Of a DNA stretch of 49,172 bases, positions 38,929 to 45,632 are shown in pieces. The translations under genes and the position numbers were made by a program. The DNA comes from a virus. The DNA lies in IMG/VR virus record IMGVR_UViG_3300017963_000082; one strand, given 5' to 3'. Positions within the stretch are counted from its first letter, which is position 1, and each line of letters opens with the position of its first letter. Under the pieces are notes generated by a model, which saw nothing but the letters and a program-made list of their open reading frames with translations, was not told the DNA's origin and did no database searches.

Positions 38929-39978
38929 GTGGCTTATACCGGCATACAAACAGGAACGCGCATCACAGCCAAGATAGACGAAAAGTCATCGATCTGGACA
39001 TACGTCAAGCAGGCGTGCATCGGTGCGGCGGCGATCGATCTGGCGTTGGCGTGTCTGATGACGATCGCTCTACTGATGGGCTGGTGGTCCGTGCCGGTTG
39101 TGTTCGTCCTGACGGGACTATTGATCGCGTGGACAGTCGTGCGCCTTGTACGTCCAGAGAGCATGGGCGTTAAGGTCATCGTGGGCAACCTTGCAGGGTT
39201 CGGGCTGATCCTGGGCGTGTTATTGGGGCGGCGTATCTGGCACTGGCTGCTACTAGGATCGGTACGGGACATCGTGGCGCAAGCGGGGGCGGCGATTGCA
39301 CTGCCCTGGTGGGCGTGGCTTATCGAGGCTGTGCTGTGGTTCGTGAGCGCCTGGAAAAAGCGTGGTAAACTCGTGGGCGGCGTGCTGGCGATCGGCACAC
39401 TTGGCTATGCCGGGTATCAGTTCGAGGGATGGGTACTCTTGTCCCTGATCTGGTCACGGCTGCGCTGGGCACTGATCCCATTCCTATGGCCTGTGATCGG
39501 GTTCGCCCTGTTCCTGGCGATCGTGATGTTCAAAGAGATGGCGCTGCCCAATTGGGAATGGACAATGCGCCCTGTGTCGCTCGAGGAGGTCCGCGAGATC
39601 GGCTTAGTGGGGCTATGGTTCCCGCACCTATTCGGTGGACCACCACCTGATCCGATGCCTGATCGACACGTCAAAGTCGAGGTGCTGGAGAATGGAGGAA
39701 AGACCAGCAAGATCGGGTTGCTGCCAGATACATTTGCTGCACGGGCCTTTTATGCCGCCGTTCATCGTGGGGAACCGTTCACCTCACGTACCGCCCGGAA
39801 ATATGGCGTGAGTCTAGTCGTATTCAACAAGAGGATCAGAGATGTATTCTTTGACCGGGGGTGGGCAGAATGGGAAGACGAGGAACACCACGAACAGGGG
39901 ATCAACGTCTTTCCAAACGGAATGCAGACGATTGAGCACTTGGCATTGACTGGCACAACCCCCTCCCCTACTGGCTGA
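38929..39978 (+). CDS. Polytopic membrane protein with a soluble C-terminal domain.
   Basis: Start set at the GTG 38929, in frame with track ORF 38833..39978. There are about seven to eight hydrophobic segments, and the C-terminal ~110 aa are hydrophilic. Confidence 0.55.
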   Translation: MAYTGIQTGTRITAKIDEKSSIWTYVKQACIGAAAIDLALACLMTIALLMGWWSVPVVFVLTGLLIAWTVVRLVRPESMGVKVIVGNLAGFGLILGVLLGRRIWHWLLLGSVRDIVAQAGAAIALPWWAWLIEAVLWFVSAWKKRGKLVGGVLAIGTLGYAGYQFEGWVLLSLIWSRLRWALIPFLWPVIGFALFLAIVMFKEMALPNWEWTMRPVSLEEVREIGLVGLWFPHLFGGPPPDPMPDRHVKVEVLENGGKTSKIGLLPDTFAARAFYAAVHRGEPFTSRTARKYGVSLVVFNKRIRDVFFDRGWAEWEDEEHHEQGINVFPNGMQTIEHLALTGTTPSPTG

Positions 39979-40051
39979 TTGAACGTGTACAGGCGGGGGA
40001 TACGGGGTTTCGCACACGCACACACGAACACGACACGAATGGAGGTGTACC

Positions 40052-40291
40052 ATCGCGCTTGACGTAGTTTTCACCCGAGAGATTGCACGGTCAGTCACCG
40101 CCGGCCTAGTCCTGGCGATTGAGGCAGATCGGGGCCGCAGCCTCGAATTCGTGCGCGGCGTGTTCAGCATCGCCCGCCACCAGGCGCGCACATTCGGCTG
40201 TGACTGGGGGGCGATTGTACAAGACGCACGGGCAGAACTGGGGACGGATGCGGGGAGGTTGATCGACGCTGTAGCGAGATTGGAGGGGTGA
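40052..40291 (+). CDS. Possible small ORF with a non-canonical (ATC) start.
   Basis: The frame is open from 39983 to the TGA at 40289..40291. The SD GGAGGTG lies 6 nt before the ATC at 40052. The nearest in-frame canonical start (GTG 40151) would give only 46 aa. Confidence 0.3.
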   Translation: MALDVVFTREIARSVTAGLVLAIEADRGRSLEFVRGVFSIARHQARTFGCDWGAIVQDARAELGTDAGRLIDAVARLEG

Positions 40292-40292
40292 T

Positions 40293-40499
40293 ATGTATTG
40301 TCAACTTTGTGGAAAGCTGATATACACGATCGGCGGCCTGTGCAAAGAGTGCTCACCTGAGCTACATCGCAAATGGGAGGAACGACGCGAGGCGGTCAAT
40401 GCCCTCTGTGATGAGTACGAGGCAGAAACAGGGATCAGTGCTCTCGCAAACTGGACAGCATTTGAGGACTGGTGTACAGAAAAGGAGGCGATGGGGTGA
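40293..40499 (+). CDS. Small zinc-ribbon protein.
   Basis: A 68-aa ORF, MYCQLCGKLIYTIGGLCKECSP..., with the SD GGAGGGG upstream. Confidence 0.55.
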   Translation: MYCQLCGKLIYTIGGLCKECSPELHRKWEERREAVNALCDEYEAETGISALANWTAFEDWCTEKEAMG

Positions 40500-41200
40500 T
40501 AGACCACCTCGGTCCGTACCTGCTAGGCCCAAACGACACGCCCGAGAACGGGATATACACGGGCGATGCGCGGGAACTGGCGAAGGCGATACCGGATGAG
40601 AGTGTGGATCTTGTGTTCACGGATCCACCATATCCAAAGCAGTATGCTGGCGTGTGGCCTGTTCTCCGCATACTCGGGGAGACATTGAGGAATGGTCGCC
40701 GCCTGATGACTCTGTGCGGACATTATCAGATCCCTGAAGTGCTGGCTGTAATAGGCATATCACTCACTTATGACTGGATCATAGCAAACACAGCACCCGG
40801 TAAGACTGCGGCAATGTTTCAAAAAAGAGTATGGGCAACCTGGAAGCCGTGCCTAGTATTTAGACGGGGAACACTCGATAAGTACGCCAATTTCGCAAAT
40901 GATCTGTTCGTATCTGACAAGACGGCATTTACCCATGCAAAAGAGTTTCACCGGTGGGGTCAGGGGGCTCCGTTTTTTGCATACTACATAGATCGGTGGT
41001 CGGAACCTGGCGATATAATCGTGGATCCCTTCACCGGCGGCGGCACCGTCCCCGCTGTCTGCAAAATGCTAGGCCGCCGCTACCTCGCCTTCGAGATCGA
41101 CCCCGACACGGCACAACTAGCCCGCGACCGTGTACGTGACACACAACCACCCTTGTTTGTACCGGAACCGGAACAGCTACCGTTTGACGACGTAAGGTGA
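40496..41200 (+). CDS. DNA methyltransferase, N4/N6 (N6_N4_Mtase-like).
   Basis: Start set at the GTG 40496, in a GTGA overlap, with the SD AAAGGAGG upstream. Contains LVFTDPPYPKQY and IIVDPFTGGGTVPAVCKMLG. Confidence 0.78.
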   Translation: MIDHLGPYLLGPNDTPENGIYTGDARELAKAIPDESVDLVFTDPPYPKQYAGVWPVLRILGETLRNGRRLMTLCGHYQIPEVLAVIGISLTYDWIIANTAPGKTAAMFQKRVWATWKPCLVFRRGTLDKYANFANDLFVSDKTAFTHAKEFHRWGQGAPFFAYYIDRWSEPGDIIVDPFTGGGTVPAVCKMLGRRYLAFEIDPDTAQLARDRVRDTQPPLFVPEPEQLPFDDVR

Positions 41201-41253
41201 GGCTCAGCGCGGGTCATCAGCTAGGGGGGGATAGCCTCGCCGCGCTGAACCTC
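41199..41253. other. Imperfect 14-bp inverted repeat between the convergent operons.
   Basis: gaggctcagcgcgg (41199..41212) pairs with ccgcgctgaacctc (41240..41253) at 13 of 14 positions, with a 27-nt loop. No flanking U-tracts are present, so it is only a weak terminator candidate. Confidence 0.35.
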
Positions 41254-41261
41254 ATAAAGGG

Positions 41262-41564
41262 CTAGGGTGACTTCTCAGCCACCTTGACCGCTCGACGTGT
41301 CACGTCCTCCCCAACATACGCCGCGAGAATGATCGCCTCTGCCGACATCGCCATCCACACGTCACGGATCGCCTCGGGGATCAACGATAGCCCGAACACC
41401 ATCGACGCCGTGAGGAATGCCGTCAACAGCTTCCACTCCCACGCCGGCCACGCCTTCCAGGTGTTCTCCTGTGCCACGAGCCGGAATCCCTCCAAGATGT
41501 ACGGCACAAAGAATCTTAGAGCGCATCCTAGAAGCCAAAGTCCAACCACTGCCCAGATAGTCAT
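41262..41564 (-). CDS. Holin-like three-TM membrane protein.
   Basis: A 100-aa ORF with three hydrophobic segments and a charged C-terminus (TRRAVKVAEKSP). It is the last gene of the late operon. Confidence 0.5.
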   Translation of the reverse strand: MTIWAVVGLWLLGCALRFFVPYILEGFRLVAQENTWKAWPAWEWKLLTAFLTASMVFGLSLIPEAIRDVWMAMSAEAIILAAYVGEDVTRRAVKVAEKSP

Positions 41565-41565
41565 G

Positions 41566-42138
41566 TCACCACCATCCTTTCAACATCGCAATCAGGGATT
41601 CACCCCCCACACCCGCACCGGCCGCCAGAATGGCCAGCACGACCACTAGATACCTGATTCGTGAGACCCGCTTGTGTAGCGCCTGGATCTCGATCTTGTT
41701 TTCTGCACATTCCCGGTAGGTCATGATCACCTCTCTGTATTTCTGCATAATAGCTCTGATCGTGTCGCCTGGTACGTGTTTCTGTAGGACATTCCACGCA
41801 CCGTGGGCTAGGTGTTGGTTGATCTGTTCCCGATCCAGATACGCCGATAGCACCAGTGCTGGGCCTTTGCGCTGTTCTACCCAGTGCTGCAGTAGCACCG
41901 CACCATCCCCGTTCAGGTGTAGGTCCAGGATCAGTATGTCCGCCTCGTCAATGGTCTCAAGCGCCATCCCCAGCGAGTCAGCGGCAAATACTGTAAACCG
42001 CATTGACGTGAGGATCTGGTGTAGCAGTCGCCTTTCAACTGGGTCATCCTCAACGATCTGGACCGCAATCTCGTCAGACAAAATGGGCCTCCGGTCACGT
42101 GTCGAACTCGAATCTAGTATGCCCTGTGACATTCTCAA
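41566..42138 (-). CDS. Response-regulator receiver (REC) domain protein with a coiled-coil linker and a C-terminal TM anchor.
   Basis: Contains VQIVEDDP (acidic pair), ILILDLHL (phospho-acceptor Asp), LVLSAY (Thr/Ser position) and LQKHVP (Lys). A helical region and YLVVVLAILAAGAGVGG follow. Confidence 0.68.
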   Translation of the reverse strand: MRMSQGILDSSSTRDRRPILSDEIAVQIVEDDPVERRLLHQILTSMRFTVFAADSLGMALETIDEADILILDLHLNGDGAVLLQHWVEQRKGPALVLSAYLDREQINQHLAHGAWNVLQKHVPGDTIRAIMQKYREVIMTYRECAENKIEIQALHKRVSRIRYLVVVLAILAAGAGVGGESLIAMLKGWW

Positions 42139-43711
42139 ACGCGGCGCGGATCTCGCTGCGAACGATAGCGCGTACCTGTTCCTCTGTCAGCGCGTGACAC
42201 TCTGTCGGCGGCGGGTCAGGGGGGTCGGGCGGCTCGGGATCTGTGCCGTCCTCGAACCATTTCAGGTCGTCTACATAGATGTCGTTGTGTTTCAGCCTCC
42301 ACTTGTTCCAGGCACGGATGTAGACGGTCATTGCCCCGTCCTGCGCCTCTACCTTTTGACTGGCGTAGGTTTCATAGTTGGCGGTCACTCGCTGCCAAGG
42401 GGACCACACGATCCCCTGGGCTTGTGCGTCCTCGCGCCCGTACGGGTCAAGACCCAGGGATACGTACAGCTCCCCGTCTGCCGTGTGCGGATTGTCGCTG
42501 TCCGAGCACCACGCCTGTCCCTCGACGGTGAAATAGTACCGCTTGCCCTGTGTGACCGGCACGACCTGTCGCACGCCGCCATCCATCACCTTGTACTGAA
42601 TGAACCAGCATTGGGCGCTCAATCCCTCGGCGACACGGTGCGGATCGATCGCAATCGGCGCTTCCTTGTACTCAGGCATAGCAAGCGGCCCTTGGTTCTG
42701 CTCTGCCGGCGGATCGCCCTCGTTGAACCAAAACTTCCAGCCCGCGGCAACAAACGCGGTCCCGGCCTGCTTTTCATACGGCTGCTCAAAACTCGGGTTG
42801 ATCACTGTCCCCTCCTGTGGTGGGTCTGGCGGTTCCGGCTCATCTGTCCAGGTGTACTCTTCCGACTGCGCCTTTTGCCAGTCGGCGATCACGTGGTCTT
42901 TGCCTTGGATGCTGTACTTGTCGTACTTGGGCCAGCGGTACAGGATTAGCGCCCTGATCGTCTGGTGCGTCGGGTCTTGGTTCCACTCGTTGATCTCTCG
43001 GTATGCCTCCTGGCACCACGTATTAGGGGCGTCCAGCCATACCGCGTTCTGGTTAGTCTCGGTGATGTATGCAGGCCGGTCACGATAGCGGGGCGGGATT
43101 GCCGCCATCCAGTCCCGGTACGTCTGGAACCCGTTAAAGTATGCCCCGTATGGCGCGTCCATCTTGTCGGGCGCGGTGATAGACGCCGGGTTTGCGCCTC
43201 GGCTGTACACGTGCAAAGCAAACCCGTCCACGTCCTCTACCGCCTCGATCAGCCTGGCGAAATACTCGATCCAGTCATAGCCGATCTGGATATTCCAGGG
43301 TGCCACGGCGGGCAGTAGCACATCACCGTCAATAACGTCCCGGCAGCGGTCATACACGTGCGCCACATAGGGCGGCTCGAGAGGCCACACGTCGGGCCAT
43401 TCCTGCGCGTGGTTGGGTTCGTTGGCAACGGTCCAGATGTCACATCCCCGGCTGTTCTGTGCCAGTGTCTCGACGCGGTACATAAAGCCGTCCAGGTGCT
43501 CCGGCTTGGGGATACACCCACCACCAACACCCCACTCGTGTTGTATGCGACAGATCACCCCATATCCAGCGTCAGCCCACGGGCGAAAGTCAATGCCGGG
43601 ATGTGGCGTGCTGCTATGTCCTGTTTCAGCCAGAAACAAGATCCAGCCCTTCGGCATCACGTCAAAGGGCATTGCCTCGTGGCACCCCTGCAGGTACGGA
43701 CTTGTCGGCAT
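42095..43711 (-). CDS. Clan GH-A-like TIM-barrel glycoside hydrolase with a C-terminal CBM-like jelly-roll.
   Basis: Contains TVANEPNH (NEP acid/base-type motif) and AYITETNQ (nucleophile-type Glu). A PEPPDPPQ linker follows, then INPSFEQ...GWKFW...YYFTVEGQAW...IYVDDLKWF. Confidence 0.62.
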   Translation of the reverse strand: MPTSPYLQGCHEAMPFDVMPKGWILFLAETGHSSTPHPGIDFRPWADAGYGVICRIQHEWGVGGGCIPKPEHLDGFMYRVETLAQNSRGCDIWTVANEPNHAQEWPDVWPLEPPYVAHVYDRCRDVIDGDVLLPAVAPWNIQIGYDWIEYFARLIEAVEDVDGFALHVYSRGANPASITAPDKMDAPYGAYFNGFQTYRDWMAAIPPRYRDRPAYITETNQNAVWLDAPNTWCQEAYREINEWNQDPTHQTIRALILYRWPKYDKYSIQGKDHVIADWQKAQSEEYTWTDEPEPPDPPQEGTVINPSFEQPYEKQAGTAFVAAGWKFWFNEGDPPAEQNQGPLAMPEYKEAPIAIDPHRVAEGLSAQCWFIQYKVMDGGVRQVVPVTQGKRYYFTVEGQAWCSDSDNPHTADGELYVSLGLDPYGREDAQAQGIVWSPWQRVTANYETYASQKVEAQDGAMTVYIRAWNKWRLKHNDIYVDDLKWFEDGTDPEPPDPPDPPPTECHALTEEQVRAIVRSEIRAAFENVTGHTRFEFDT

Positions 43712-43713
43712 AG

Positions 43714-44529
43714 CTACACTCCAAACAGTGCGCGGGTCTGATAGAACATCAGGTCACAGAGGGTATCGCTGAGATAGGCGGCGGCAATACCAGCGAGAGA
43801 GACGCGCCCCTGGTAGTGGTTTGCACCGCCAGAACGTGCCCCTATCGTGAATGCGCTTGTACTATTAAACACTGATGCGCGGGCTGTGGCTTGATTAACC
43901 TCTGTCCCATTCACGATAATATCTACGTTGGTCGATGGATCGAACCGCCCGACAACAAAGTACCAATTGTTTACCGACACCGCCGCGCTCGTCGCTGTAT
44001 CGCTGTTCGTGCCGTCATCGCTGATGGTAAACGTGAATTGATCAGACGCATCGATGCGAAGTCTGTATGAGCGCGTTCCAGCCCCCACCCACTTGGTTAT
44101 AATATCCTCTAGCGTGGATGTCTCCTCTGGGTACAACCACGCCCAGCATGTTAGCCCGTTGTCATTAACCCACGGTTCCGCTGCTGCTGTAGCTACGATG
44201 TCAAAAGCGTTAGAGCTTGCCGCGTCTGTGATCGAGTGATAGTCTCCAGTGCCGTCATAGGCAACGTATGGGATGATGCCGTCATAGTCGAATTGGGGAT
44301 TTCCGTTCAGCGTCAGGTGATTGCCGAGCCCCTGAACGTCAATGAGTTCACCCGAGACACCAGCCGGGCCACAGGGCCACAGACCACGCAGCACGGGGAT
44401 CATTAGCATCGTCGATATAGCGTGACTGAATGCGTGCTGGTTCCACTTCTGGACCTCGACACGCCGCGATCCCCGCGTTTCTTTTTCAAGCCCAGCAACC
44501 TTTTTGACTAGAACCCGATCTATGCTCAT
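43714..44529 (-). CDS. LamG/concanavalin-like domain protein, a candidate receptor-binding protein.
   Basis: Contains ...LTLNGNPQFDYDG...LTCWAWLYPE...YRLRIDASDQFTFTISDDG...NNWYFVVGRFD...IIVNG.... It is the last tail gene. Confidence 0.55.
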   Translation of the reverse strand: MSIDRVLVKKVAGLEKETRGSRRVEVQKWNQHAFSHAISTMLMIPVLRGLWPCGPAGVSGELIDVQGLGNHLTLNGNPQFDYDGIIPYVAYDGTGDYHSITDAASSNAFDIVATAAAEPWVNDNGLTCWAWLYPEETSTLEDIITKWVGAGTRSYRLRIDASDQFTFTISDDGTNSDTATSAAVSVNNWYFVVGRFDPSTNVDIIVNGTEVNQATARASVFNSTSAFTIGARSGGANHYQGRVSLAGIAAAYLSDTLCDLMFYQTRALFGV

Positions 44530-45632
44530 ACTGGCGCCTCATATTCCAAACGCACGCTAACCCGCTCCCCACTATTCGGGGCAATGTCCAATTGCACTGC
44601 CTTGATGATCGCCTCAAACTCGAGTTCCCTGTACCTGGCGATCACCCGGTCGCCCCAATTCCACGCCACGCCAAACCGCGTCCCGCGCGTGTCCACCGGT
44701 TGCGAACTGAAATAGATCCGCGACCGCTTCAACTCAAGCATCGCCCGCGCTTCCTCACGAACGCCGTCTGCGTCCTCCTCAAGCCGGGCATCTGCGTAGC
44801 CCTCCGCCCGCGCCCAGAATGAAGCGGTTGAGCTGGTTGTATCCTCTACCTCTTGCTGTTCGCGGTCCTCTCCCTCGCCTTGCCCCAGGCCGTAGATGTA
44901 GTTCTTTTCGTCCGTCCAGTCCTGAATGTAGGACGGGTCGCGCATGTTGCCGCGGTACTGGTCGAACACGACCTGGTTAGCCCCGCTTGTCAGATCCGCG
45001 CCCGGCTGCCCGGTCGCCGTCCGAAAGTCCCACGATAGCGTGGTAGTGGACGGGATCGGCACGACGTCGAAAAAGACCTCTGTCCCTTCCGCCCGGCTGG
45101 CCTCTTGCAGGTCTTGGAGCACGTCTAGCACATTGCGCCAGGCGAACTGCTTGGTCAGCGTCGGCCCTGCGGACACATCGGCCTGGATGGTGAATAGCGT
45201 GGACATATCCCGGTCGCCGCCTGCCGTCGCGCCTAAGTTCTCCTCGACGATCTCTTTCATCATATCGTCACTGGCGTCTGTCTTTGCGGCTTCATCTGTC
45301 CCCGCCGCGTATGCCACGATGCGACGGCCCAAGATGTCCTTGCCGTCGTAGCCTTTGACCACGATCGTTTCCTCGCTGCCCACTGTCTGATATTTCGGCC
45401 TACGGATCAGGTAAGCGTCAAACAGGGATAGCGTACCGCCTGCAGGCCCGCGCCATAGATGCCACTGCCAGTCCTTGTTGAGCAGCGAGTCATCAAAGTT
45501 GCCCTTGAGCACGACGCTGATCATCCCCCGGTCGCCGTCCACCTTGGAGGCGGTCACGGACAGGAAGTCATCAACCAGCAGCTTCCGGTTGCCTTGATCG
45601 TCCGCTAGCCACAGTTCATAGTTACCGGCCAT
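44526..45632 (-). CDS. Tal-like baseplate hub / minor tail protein.
   Basis: A 368-aa ORF directly after the Dit-like gene. The N-terminus is MAGNYELWLADDQGNRKLLVDDFLSV.... The assignment rests on position, size and general resemblance. Confidence 0.55.
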   Translation of the reverse strand: MAGNYELWLADDQGNRKLLVDDFLSVTASKVDGDRGMISVVLKGNFDDSLLNKDWQWHLWRGPAGGTLSLFDAYLIRRPKYQTVGSEETIVVKGYDGKDILGRRIVAYAAGTDEAAKTDASDDMMKEIVEENLGATAGGDRDMSTLFTIQADVSAGPTLTKQFAWRNVLDVLQDLQEASRAEGTEVFFDVVPIPSTTTLSWDFRTATGQPGADLTSGANQVVFDQYRGNMRDPSYIQDWTDEKNYIYGLGQGEGEDREQQEVEDTTSSTASFWARAEGYADARLEEDADGVREEARAMLELKRSRIYFSSQPVDTRGTRFGVAWNWGDRVIARYRELEFEAIIKAVQLDIAPNSGERVSVRLEYEAPV

